A stretch of DNA of 64,000 nt from contig JBEIPA010000028.1 in assembly GCA_040377305.1 (NCBI GenBank), positions 1 through 64,000 of the forward strand. The letters are read 5' to 3'. The notes below the pieces were generated by a model. That model saw only the letters and a program-made list of their open reading frames with translations, was not told where the DNA came from and did not search any database. Positions 39,040-48,571 of this stretch are shown here, in pieces. The position numbers and the translations under genes are program-made. This stretch comes from Flavobacteriales bacterium (GTDB taxonomy: Bacteria; Bacteroidota; Bacteroidia; Palsa-965). The stretch's first letter is position 1; each line of letters begins with the position of its first letter.

Positions 39040-41151
39040 ATGAAACATAAGTACATCATTCTGAACCTTGCATTGGGATTAGTTGGCTTTAACCTAAGTG
39101 CACAAGTTGAAGAATATAAATATTGCGGCTCCGATGAAATTATGCGTCAGGAGTATCTCGCAAATCCTGCACTTCAGCAAGAGGAAGAATATCTGCATCA
39201 GCGTTCTTGGGAAGAAGGCATGATGAACGTGATGAATAACCGTGCGTCACTTCCTTCACCGTACATTATTCCGGTTGTGTTTCATGTGATGCATGATCAT
39301 GGCGGAGAAAATATTTCGGATGCACAGATTCTTGATGCTGTTGCAGTACTCAATCAGGATTTCAGAAAGACGAATGCCGATACATCGCAGATTGTTGCTC
39401 CATTCGGATTGCTTGCTGCTGATACAGATATAGAATTTCGTCTCGCTCAAATTGATCCGAACGGAAATTGCACAAACGGAATCGATCGCATTCAGTCGAT
39501 GGAAACGTACGTTGGCGACAACGATTGCAAACTGAATCAGTGGCCGCGCAATATGTACCTCAATATTTGGGTGGTGCGTACCATTGCATCAGGAGCTGCG
39601 GGATATGCATACTATCCTTCTTCTGTCAACAGCACGAATGATGCTTACAAGGATGGAATCGTAATTCTCTCGACATACGTTGGTCGCATCGGAACGGGAA
39701 ATGTTTCGACTGCGCGCGCGTTAACGCATGAAGTGGGACATTACCTCAGCTTGCCGCACGTTTGGGGAAGCACGAACAATCCCGGTGTTGCTTGTGGCGA
39801 CGATGGAATTTTCGATACGCCCGAAACAAAAGGTTGGACAACATGTAATCTCACCTCAAACGATGTTTGCAATCCGGGACAAGACGAAAATGTCCAGAAC
39901 TTCATGGAGTACGCGTATTGCCAACGCATGTACACGTATGGTCAGGGAGCAGCGATGCAATATGCTTTGAACAGTGCTGTTTCAGGAAGAAACAACTTAT
40001 GGTCACCAGCTAATCTCGCTGCAACCGGATGTATGAATGTCCAACCTGTTTGCGCACCGCATGCCGACTTCGACGCAACAAAAACCATGGTGTGCGCCGG
40101 TGGAGCGTTAACGCTGCTGGATAATTCCTGGTCGAGTGATGCAACAGCATGGAACTGGACAATTACGGGTCCTGCGAATTTCAATTTCACAACTCAGAAT
40201 CCTTCAATCAGTCCGCTCACCGTTCCGGGATCATATACCGTTTCATTAATCGCGTCGAACTCTGCAGGATCAGATACCATTACGCGCCCTGATTATTTCT
40301 ACGTGAGTCCTACAACCGCAACTTTCACACAATTGAATTCCGAAGGCTTCGAAGATCCGAACTTCATGTACTACGGTTACATGATAAACAACCGGGGCAA
40401 TAACGCGAATTATTTTTTCCGCACACCAGGAACTTCACACAGTGGAAATGCCTGTTTGATGCTGAGTAATTTCGGTACAACCGACAGAGGAGATAAGGAT
40501 GAACTCATCACGCCTTCGTATCACCTCGATTTCTCAACCGGATTGCAGCTGCAGTTTTCATACTCACATGCAACAGCGTGTGTGGACGAAGACGATAACG
40601 AAGAAGCATTGAAAGTTTATACTTCAATCGACTGCGGGCAAACATGGACGCTGCGTTGGACACGATACGGAACTGCATTGTGCTCTGCTGGTTACGACGC
40701 TAACTTTTTTGTACCCAACAGTCAGTCACTCTGGGAAACGGTCACTGTGAATATTCCTGCAACGGCTGCTGCAGCTAACGTGCGATTCAAGTTTGAGTAT
40801 TCCGCAACGAACGATAATTGCGGTAATAGCTTTTATCTCGACGACATCAATATTCTCGGAACGAATGTTGGTGTTGGAGAAGCTTCAGCACCAAATCTCT
40901 TCAGTATTTATCCGAATCCATCCGATGGGAATAGTGTAATCAGCTATTCACTCGCAGAACAATCCGATGTTCAAATTCAGATGTTTGATCTGACTGGCCG
41001 ATTGGTGCAAAATGTTTTCGCAGGAAAACAGCAGGCGGGAAGCTACACGCAGCCGTTAGAAGGTGAATCACTTGCAACAGGAACTTACTTAGTTCAGATG
41101 ATTGTTGGAGACAAAGTTTCGACGCAGAAATTGATAATGAACGCACAGTGA
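39040..41151 (+). CDS. M43 (ulilysin/pappalysin-like) zinc metalloprotease with PKD domain and T9SS CTD
   Basis: Pro-region CG, IPVVFHV, HEVGHYLSLPH, NFMEY Met-turn, PKD, IYPNP CTD. Confidence 0.93.
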   Translation: MKHKYIILNLALGLVGFNLSAQVEEYKYCGSDEIMRQEYLANPALQQEEEYLHQRSWEEGMMNVMNNRASLPSPYIIPVVFHVMHDHGGENISDAQILDAVAVLNQDFRKTNADTSQIVAPFGLLAADTDIEFRLAQIDPNGNCTNGIDRIQSMETYVGDNDCKLNQWPRNMYLNIWVVRTIASGAAGYAYYPSSVNSTNDAYKDGIVILSTYVGRIGTGNVSTARALTHEVGHYLSLPHVWGSTNNPGVACGDDGIFDTPETKGWTTCNLTSNDVCNPGQDENVQNFMEYAYCQRMYTYGQGAAMQYALNSAVSGRNNLWSPANLAATGCMNVQPVCAPHADFDATKTMVCAGGALTLLDNSWSSDATAWNWTITGPANFNFTTQNPSISPLTVPGSYTVSLIASNSAGSDTITRPDYFYVSPTTATFTQLNSEGFEDPNFMYYGYMINNRGNNANYFFRTPGTSHSGNACLMLSNFGTTDRGDKDELITPSYHLDFSTGLQLQFSYSHATACVDEDDNEEALKVYTSIDCGQTWTLRWTRYGTALCSAGYDANFFVPNSQSLWETVTVNIPATAAAANVRFKFEYSATNDNCGNSFYLDDINILGTNVGVGEASAPNLFSIYPNPSDGNSVISYSLAEQSDVQIQMFDLTGRLVQNVFAGKQQAGSYTQPLEGESLATGTYLVQMIVGDKVSTQKLIMNAQ

Positions 41152-41164
41152 TTCCAAATGTAGG

Positions 41165-42289
41165 GTGAGTAGCATTCAAACCTTTCGGATTTATTTCTCC
41201 AGTGCGCTCACGTGCATTTCGATATTGCTATGTGCGCAGTCAGACACCATCAATCAAGTCGACTCACTTGGTCGCAGACAGGGTTTTTGGAAATTGACGA
41301 GTGCAACGGAGTACCAGAACATTCCTGCTCAGTATAAGGATTCAATTGCTGCTTTCGGTTATTATGTAGATGGAATGAAAGAAGGGAAGTGGATCCACAA
41401 TGATTATTCAGGTCAAATTTACAGCGAAACATATTTTCTACATGACAGCGTCAATGGCACAGTAACAATTTTCGGAGCGGGTGGCGTACCATTTGAATCG
41501 TACCAGGTGCGGGGTGGTGAGAAGGTTGGGCCACATTATTATTACGGAAAGGATTCTACAGGCAAATACGTCGCGCATACTACCGGCGGTGTTGAAGGAA
41601 GAATAACGAAGAAGCAACCAAAAAAAATTCAGGGCTCTGTACATGTTCAAATTCATACAGCGCAGTATGGATATGGAGAAGTTGGTTGGCAATGCGAGAC
41701 CGATTCATCCGGTTACTACAAATTCACTGATCTGCCTCCTGGATATTATACAATAAGATTGACACACCCGTCGATAGGTTATTTAGATGAACATGTGACG
41801 ATAGTTTGGGACAGCATGTCAGTATGTAACGTAGAGGTTCAAGTTGATAAACCAGATAAAACAGATCGGCCCGTACCCATAATGCTAGCTGGCTTCAATA
41901 ACGGAACATGGTCAACCGTAGAGCTTCGTTTCGGATTACAGTACGATAAGAATATCACTTCTTTTGTGGGCCGCGTTGATGAATTCACCTTGGGATCTGA
42001 ATTAAATTTTAATCCTTCAGGAATCATTCTTGGACCGAAGCTGAATTACGTTCGTTCGTGTGTCTTCCTCTTATTCGGGATACCGCTGGGTGCTTCCCTG
42101 ATTTACTTTACAGATTTTGCAACAGGCGGACTCTATTTTACTCCACAGGCCGGGTTCGAATTTTTATGGTTTTTTCGCGCAGTTGGTTGCTACAACATTC
42201 CAGTGAGTTCAGATCATCAACTGGAGCGTGTTTCAAAATTTACATTCTCACTACAGTTGAAGATTTTCAACATTAAGCGTTATTGGTAG
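41165..42289 (+). CDS. Exported protein with MORN-variant repeats, carboxypeptidase-regulatory-like domain and beta-rich C-terminus
   Basis: DTINQVD..GRRQG.W, G.Y..G.KEG.W, TDSSGYYKFTDLPPG.Y. Confidence 0.75.
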   Translation: MSSIQTFRIYFSSALTCISILLCAQSDTINQVDSLGRRQGFWKLTSATEYQNIPAQYKDSIAAFGYYVDGMKEGKWIHNDYSGQIYSETYFLHDSVNGTVTIFGAGGVPFESYQVRGGEKVGPHYYYGKDSTGKYVAHTTGGVEGRITKKQPKKIQGSVHVQIHTAQYGYGEVGWQCETDSSGYYKFTDLPPGYYTIRLTHPSIGYLDEHVTIVWDSMSVCNVEVQVDKPDKTDRPVPIMLAGFNNGTWSTVELRFGLQYDKNITSFVGRVDEFTLGSELNFNPSGIILGPKLNYVRSCVFLLFGIPLGASLIYFTDFATGGLYFTPQAGFEFLWFFRAVGCYNIPVSSDHQLERVSKFTFSLQLKIFNIKRYW

Positions 42290-42432
42290 GATGGATAACA
42301 AACCGATTATACACGTTTGCCGCCAACGGTTACCAAAATCTACAATTTGGGTTAACAGAGTGATCCTTAATTCGACCTTTTATTGCCAAAGACAATTATC
42401 CTTACCCAACATCACCGCTCAAATCAAATTTC

Positions 42433-44673
42433 ATGACGCCAATTAAAATTGCACAACTCGCACTTGCTCTTTGTTTATGTACAGCAGCGAAGTCACAGAA
42501 TTATATTGATCAGTATTTTACTGATCCGCTTTCGTACGACACGGTACTGACTTCTGTAAACAACATTTCTCAACCGCGCGATCTCGATTTCAAGCCGGGT
42601 ACCGATGAGTTGTGGGTCATGAATCGCGGAGTTGCATCAGGATCGAGTTGGGTGATAGCTTATCATGCAGGAACGCCGCAGCAATCCATTCAATACCGAA
42701 AAGATTCTCACAGTTCTCACTTTACGGTTTACGGTACGGCGATGGCATTTGGTAATGTGGGAGAATTCGCTGCGTTGAGTGAGATCCGCAATACGAATAG
42801 CTCGAGTACCTCAACTTTTATGGGGCCGAGTCTGTGGTCAGCAGATACTGCAATTACTGCACGTGTGTTTCAGAACAACTGGGTAAGCGGATATCCGCTC
42901 GGAAGTCACCTCGACATGTTGCATCAAAGTCCGTTTGGAATGGGTGTTGCTCACGACACTGCAAATCGCTATTGGGTAACCGATGGACATTTCGGAAACA
43001 TTGTGTTGTATGATTACGGTGTTGATCATGGTCCGGGTTACGACAATCACAGCGATGGAAGAATCTGGAGATACACGGATATTCCTTTCGTGCGTGTAGT
43101 GAATATTCCCGGTCACATCGTGAAGGATACAGTAAGCGGTTGGATGTACTACGTGAACTCGGGTCCGAAAACGCTGTGCCGCTTCAATCCGGCTGCAGCA
43201 AGTGTTGCAGGCATTCTAAGTGCTCCATCAACATCCAACGAACCGCTGCAAGGTTATTGGGATATGCAGGGAGCAACGTATGAAGTGATCGACACATTTG
43301 CAACACAGATTTGCGGGATCGAAGTCTTCAACGACCGATTGCTTGTGAGCGATTACGACAACGGAAATATTTATGTCTACGATCTCAGCAGTGGCACACC
43401 GGTGTTTATGGATACGATCATTACCGGACAAGCCACGATGGAAGGAATCAAGATCGGTGTGGACGGTAAGATTTGGTTCGTGAATAATGCTGCAAGTACA
43501 GTTTGCAAAATTGATCTGGCGCTTGCACAGAACGATGCGTCACTCGAAATTGTTTCGCCAATTCTGTATAACACAGCACCGTTATTCTACAATACGAAAT
43601 TCGATTTGTGTGCACCGGCAACTTCGGTAACGGTTACAATTACGAATAGCGGAGCTACTGCATTTGATTCATGCCTCGTGATCTTAGCTGTCGACGATTC
43701 AATTTACAGCACAACCAATTTGGTGGCGACTTTGAATTCCGGTGACGATACAACAATTACATTGCCCACTGCAATACTTGCGCACGGTGAACATCATATT
43801 GTTGCGTGGGTTGAACAACCAAATAGCATGACGGATGGTAATCCGGCGAACAACATGAAGTCAGGAGCAATCCGTACGATCGATGCTAACGAAGGTTATC
43901 CATACTTCTACGGGTTTGATTCTACATCAACTTTCCCGGCGAATGGTTGGACGTACATCGGTTATAACCGCACGCACAAAATGACACGTGTTACCAACTG
44001 CAGCGGATACAGTAACAGTACAGGTTGTATGCGCATGAATAACATGGCGAACGTCAATATCATTGGTCAAAGAGATTATTTGTTCTCTCCAATGATTGAT
44101 CTTTCAGCAGCACCTGTTGCAACTTCGCTTTCATTTAGTCTCGCTTATACCGGGAAGTATGCAAGTGACACGGATAGTCTGATCGTGAGTGTGTCAAACG
44201 ATTGCGGTGCAACATGGACTGCGATTTCACGAATGGGAGAAAGCCCAATGGCAACAGCGCCACACGGAACAGCAGCGTTTGTTCCGGATGCTGCAGAATG
44301 GGAAACGATAAATCTGAGCCTGGCATCGTACGTCGGAAGTCCGAACGTAATGATCATGTTCGAAACTTACAGTGGTTGGGGCAATCACCTTTACATCGAT
44401 GATATTCGCGTGGAAGATGTTACCGGTGTAGATGAGCACACCACTTCAACACTGAAAGTTTATCCGAATCCTTCTGCCGGAATATTTACACTCGAGAATT
44501 CGCAAGCAGGACAAGTTGTGGTGACTGACATTGCTGGTCGCATTGTTACAACCCAGAAGGTGAACGGCGGAGTAAACAGTATTGATCTTTCGGCAGAAGC
44601 AATAGGTTGCTACTTCATGACGATGCAGTTTTCGGATGGCACTGTTGCTACCGAGCGAATTGTGATTCAGTAG
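42433..44673 (+). CDS. T9SS cargo: beta-propeller, Ig-like and jelly-roll domains, CTD
   Basis: PRDLDF.P..ELWV, HLDMLH.SP..MG, YIDDI, VYPNP CTD. Confidence 0.88.
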   Translation: MTPIKIAQLALALCLCTAAKSQNYIDQYFTDPLSYDTVLTSVNNISQPRDLDFKPGTDELWVMNRGVASGSSWVIAYHAGTPQQSIQYRKDSHSSHFTVYGTAMAFGNVGEFAALSEIRNTNSSSTSTFMGPSLWSADTAITARVFQNNWVSGYPLGSHLDMLHQSPFGMGVAHDTANRYWVTDGHFGNIVLYDYGVDHGPGYDNHSDGRIWRYTDIPFVRVVNIPGHIVKDTVSGWMYYVNSGPKTLCRFNPAAASVAGILSAPSTSNEPLQGYWDMQGATYEVIDTFATQICGIEVFNDRLLVSDYDNGNIYVYDLSSGTPVFMDTIITGQATMEGIKIGVDGKIWFVNNAASTVCKIDLALAQNDASLEIVSPILYNTAPLFYNTKFDLCAPATSVTVTITNSGATAFDSCLVILAVDDSIYSTTNLVATLNSGDDTTITLPTAILAHGEHHIVAWVEQPNSMTDGNPANNMKSGAIRTIDANEGYPYFYGFDSTSTFPANGWTYIGYNRTHKMTRVTNCSGYSNSTGCMRMNNMANVNIIGQRDYLFSPMIDLSAAPVATSLSFSLAYTGKYASDTDSLIVSVSNDCGATWTAISRMGESPMATAPHGTAAFVPDAAEWETINLSLASYVGSPNVMIMFETYSGWGNHLYIDDIRVEDVTGVDEHTTSTLKVYPNPSAGIFTLENSQAGQVVVTDIAGRIVTTQKVNGGVNSIDLSAEAIGCYFMTMQFSDGTVATERIVIQ

Positions 44674-44682
44674 ACAAGCAAA

Positions 44683-45714
44683 TTAAACTTTCACGACTTT
44701 GAACGTGTAGGTGCGGAAGTAAGTCTCAATTCTCAGGAAATAATACCCGCACGCATACGACGTCATGTTAATGGTACGTTGTTGCAAAGGATCTTCTACT
44801 GTGTAAACGATTCTTCCAACTTCGTCGTAGAGTACTGCTGTATATATTTCCGTATTTGCTTCAGGCAGCCAGGAGAGCAGATCAGTAACCGGGTTCGGGA
44901 AACAATCTACTCCGCTTGGAGGTGCAACCGGAAGAGGCTGGATTTGACTATTGCTCGCAGCAATAAAACCACCGGAATCAAAGTGCGCATCGTCGCGATC
45001 ACCGATTAGAAACACGATGTGATATATCTCGCCAGGCACTACATGCACACTGGCATACATGATATTTGTTAATCCATCGTATTCAATGTAGCTGCCAAAA
45101 GGAAACATATTGTTGTAAAACAACGTCGGATTGTTTTGGTCATTCACATTGTTAATGCTTAGCGTTGTATAGTCAGGAAGCCAGGCAAAATTCCAGTGTA
45201 TATAATTTCCTCCATCCGGACTGATTCCGTTGATCTGAATCTCAAATTCGTCGTCGTATGCAGAGTGGACGTATTCCGGATACTCTTCCGATCCGAAAGA
45301 GATAGGAAAGGTGATTGTATTGGAAGTGGAGACGGCATCAAATTCGAACGAACAAATATCATAGGTAGGATGGAAGGCGGGAATGGTTGCCATCGTGTTG
45401 TATGCTGTTGAACTGTTTGCAGAATCGTTTCTGGTAAAGCAGTTGTAAAAGCTTCCGGTCGTGATTGCAATTCCATGAGAAAACGGAAGTTCCGTATTGC
45501 CTTCGAATTCGCCGTATGCCATAGAATCACAGGAGATCGTGACATTCGTAATATCAAGTCCGGGCTGAGTGAGAAGAGAATCAATTCGAAGTGCAGTAAT
45601 CCCGGAACGCGTTACAACCTGCGCACTGATGCACTGCGAAATGCACAAGGCACCACATCCAATAAGGAGGCTGAGAATATTCCGAAGCATCGTTTTAGTT
45701 ACGGTGATGTTCAA
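44683..45714 (-). CDS. Choice-of-anchor L-like domain protein with T9SS CTD
   Basis: GI.I.TG, FEFD, FGSEEYPEYV, IEYDG.T, IGD..D..FDSG, FPNP. The start may be 45690. Confidence 0.8.
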   Translation of the reverse strand: MNITVTKTMLRNILSLLIGCGALCISQCISAQVVTRSGITALRIDSLLTQPGLDITNVTISCDSMAYGEFEGNTELPFSHGIAITTGSFYNCFTRNDSANSSTAYNTMATIPAFHPTYDICSFEFDAVSTSNTITFPISFGSEEYPEYVHSAYDDEFEIQINGISPDGGNYIHWNFAWLPDYTTLSINNVNDQNNPTLFYNNMFPFGSYIEYDGLTNIMYASVHVVPGEIYHIVFLIGDRDDAHFDSGGFIAASNSQIQPLPVAPPSGVDCFPNPVTDLLSWLPEANTEIYTAVLYDEVGRIVYTVEDPLQQRTINMTSYACGYYFLRIETYFRTYTFKVVKV

Positions 45715-45789
45715 AAATAGACCAACATCCGTAATGAATGGCTGGCAAATAAGTGCCAGTTACAAAGCCGAAGCAGCCACATTGAGAAT

Positions 45790-46362
45790 TTACAGTTTCT
45801 TTCTTGTAATCTGCTTCCTTCCGCGTTTGTTCTGAGCAGGAGCTTTGTCTTTGCCTGCATCCGGGATTGCGACATCCACAGGAATGTTACCTATGCTTTT
45901 CGCGTACTCCTCATCGTAACCGAAACCTGTCTTTGAATCGTCGTAGATAATTCGTGCAATAGGTTGCACCGCGTAGTATCCGGTGTCGCAATAACGGAAA
46001 GGCATTTCAATTTCAAAATCGTATTGGAAACGTTTACGATCCTTTCCGGCTGGAACTTTTGTGTCGACCAGAATCAGTCGCTCCATAAATCCCGGCTTGG
46101 AAAATTCCAGCAGGTACGATTTATTGAGATCGAGTTGGATGTAAATCGGCAACGTAAGATCCGCATAGATCGTATCGAAGATGGTGTCGTTTTCGATGAT
46201 CAGAATCTGGTAATCGCGCATCGGATTACTCTTCTGGGAAATACTGCAGGAAATTTCAAGACCCGCTCGGGGAAATGTGAAGCTGGTGTACGTAGCGTTA
46301 CGTGCGCTGAATTCTGAATGGGCAAGCAGCACGCAGAAAAAGAGAAGTACCTGATTCTTCAT
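45790..46362 (-). CDS. Exported hypothetical protein
   Basis: Signal peptide; LDLN..Y..EFSK.G....I.VDT.VP; F.YD.EY. Confidence 0.8.
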   Translation of the reverse strand: MKNQVLLFFCVLLAHSEFSARNATYTSFTFPRAGLEISCSISQKSNPMRDYQILIIENDTIFDTIYADLTLPIYIQLDLNKSYLLEFSKPGFMERLILVDTKVPAGKDRKRFQYDFEIEMPFRYCDTGYYAVQPIARIIYDDSKTGFGYDEEYAKSIGNIPVDVAIPDAGKDKAPAQNKRGRKQITRKKL

Positions 46363-46544
46363 GGGAGACTCCTTTCTGTTGGTTCATAATCTGAGATGGC
46401 TGGTTATGCTTCTTATGAAACGAGTTTGGATGCGTTACGGTTTCGGAATTATGCACGCATAGTAACAGTTAATTCAGCGAATCTGTCGCAGAATCGGCGA
46501 CGGAAAAAAGGTTTCGTTTATTCGGGGGGATTTTCAATAAAAAG

Positions 46545-46568
46545 GCCCCAACATTTAACGGTTGGGGC
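46545..46568 (-). terminator. Intrinsic terminator
   Basis: gccccaac / gttggggc with an A-tract on the left. Confidence 0.7.
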
Positions 46569-46591
46569 TCTCCATTCCTGATCTATTGTTT

Positions 46592-48424
46592 CTAATTCTC
46601 CTTCACCATGCGGAGATATTTCACGCTGTTATTCGACGATACTTTGACCACATAAATTCCAACCGATGATTGACCGAGTGAAAGATTGTTCTTTCCTGCC
46701 GGAATATTCTGTGTGAGCACGAGCTCGCCCAATGGATTAAATATTTCTACGAGAGTGGGTGTTACCGATTCGATCGTAAACAGTCCGTTATTCGGATTCG
46801 GGTAAATAGTAACCGCGCTTAAGTTGTCAGCAGCAGCAATTCCTAAGCAGATGTCCACATAAATAATATCGGTACCGGTGCTCGTGCAGCTGTCAACATT
46901 GTATGCGGTGTAAGTAACAACATGCGCTCCCACACCAGCTACAGAAGGATCAAATGTGTTCGCAGTTACTCCGGGGCCCGACCAAACTCCACCTGCAGGA
47001 GTTGCAAAACTGTTGAGACTAACCGGACCATCAATGATGCACATCGTATCGAGCAGGCTCGTGTTCACATCTACTACAACGGGTGAACTTACCGTTACAG
47101 AAATTGTATCGGAAGCTGTACAGCCATTTGCATCAGTACCAATTACGATCCATTGTGTTGTTGCCGGTGAATGTACAACCACCAGAGAATCGTTCGTTGA
47201 ACTTGTACTCCATACGTACGTGCTTGCACCGCTTGCAACTAAAGTATCCGTTTCTCCTTCGCATACAATAGGATCCATCATGGAGGTAATTGTTACAATG
47301 GCTGGATTAACGACGGTAACATCAAAGCTGCAGGTGGAAGAATTACCAGCAGGATCGGTTGCCGTGTACATCACAGTTGTTGTTCCCAATGGAAAAACAG
47401 ATCCCGACACGTGTGTCGAATTAAGCGTTGCGGAACAATTATCGGTTGCAACCGGGCTTGACCAATTTACGATAGCACTGCATCCTGCTGTATTCGCAGG
47501 AACAGTCATATTCGTAGGACAACCCGCAATTGCAGGCGATTCAACATCGTTTACAGTAACGGTGAATGTGCATATATCTGTGTTGCTTGCAAAATCAGTA
47601 GCAGTAGCAGTTACTGTGGTAGTCCCAACCGGGAAGAATGAGCCGCTGGCTTGACTATATGTTATGGTTGGAATAGGAGAGGAAGATCCGGTTGTAATTG
47701 TGATGTTGTTGATCGCAACGGAAGGATCTGTTCCAACGTTGTCGTTGTTATTGGTCCAGTTGAAACCAATTCTGAAGTTAGGATTGTTCTCACAGGCAAC
47801 AGGAAGTGTAGCTGTGTAAGCAGTCCACTGTCCTTGTCCGCTTACACAGTTTACTGATTTAATACTTGCCGTAAGTGTTTGCCACGAAGTACCATCGAAG
47901 TAAACGACCGATGCATTGTCATTCATCCCATCACCCATGGAAATGAAGTCGAAATTTAAAGTGAGTCCCGTGTAACCTGTTGTATTGATCACCGGCGATT
48001 CAGTGCGTTTGTTTGAAGTGATCGAAGCATTATACACAGCACCGGTGATAAATGAACCACAAAATAAAGAGGTACAAGTAATGTGTAGGGTGAGATCCCC
48101 ATTGTTAGCCACACCACATCCCGGAGGTAGTACACCACCTTCAGTTGCATTTATTTCCCACGTGTTCGGAGTTGTACCATTAGTGCCCGTGTTTGTGTTT
48201 AACGTCCACCCTACGGTTGACTGGAAGTTTTCAGAATATATCACATTGGTACTCGTGCAGGTAGTTGTTGCTGTTGCCGGCGAGTAGGTAACGTTTGCGC
48301 CACACTGTCCTGTCGTGTTGTTAACGGTTACGTTCGATGGACAAATTACAGTTGGTCCGCATTGTGCATGTGCGAAATGGGTCATGGCAACGATACCGAT
48401 CAGAGCCGGGAAAAAGTGTTTCAT
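46592..48424 (-). CDS. HYR-domain T9SS cargo protein
   Basis: Start MKHFF at 48424; two SGS.FP.GTTTV...ATD..N...C.F.VTV repeats; IYPNP CTD. Confidence 0.9.
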   Translation of the reverse strand: MKHFFPALIGIVAMTHFAHAQCGPTVICPSNVTVNNTTGQCGANVTYSPATATTTCTSTNVIYSENFQSTVGWTLNTNTGTNGTTPNTWEINATEGGVLPPGCGVANNGDLTLHITCTSLFCGSFITGAVYNASITSNKRTESPVINTTGYTGLTLNFDFISMGDGMNDNASVVYFDGTSWQTLTASIKSVNCVSGQGQWTAYTATLPVACENNPNFRIGFNWTNNNDNVGTDPSVAINNITITTGSSSPIPTITYSQASGSFFPVGTTTVTATATDFASNTDICTFTVTVNDVESPAIAGCPTNMTVPANTAGCSAIVNWSSPVATDNCSATLNSTHVSGSVFPLGTTTVMYTATDPAGNSSTCSFDVTVVNPAIVTITSMMDPIVCEGETDTLVASGASTYVWSTSSTNDSLVVVHSPATTQWIVIGTDANGCTASDTISVTVSSPVVVDVNTSLLDTMCIIDGPVSLNSFATPAGGVWSGPGVTANTFDPSVAGVGAHVVTYTAYNVDSCTSTGTDIIYVDICLGIAAADNLSAVTIYPNPNNGLFTIESVTPTLVEIFNPLGELVLTQNIPAGKNNLSLGQSSVGIYVVKVSSNNSVKYLRMVKEN

Positions 48425-48571
48425 AAGTTGGTGTTTTGCTAATACAATATAGCCTAAATTATCGAGACATGCAGCCGGCACGTGAGCAACTACGCGCATA
48501 TCGTGATATTATGATCTTAATAAGATGCGTGTAGAGAGATGCGTATTATCTTAGCCTGAGAACAAACCCAA

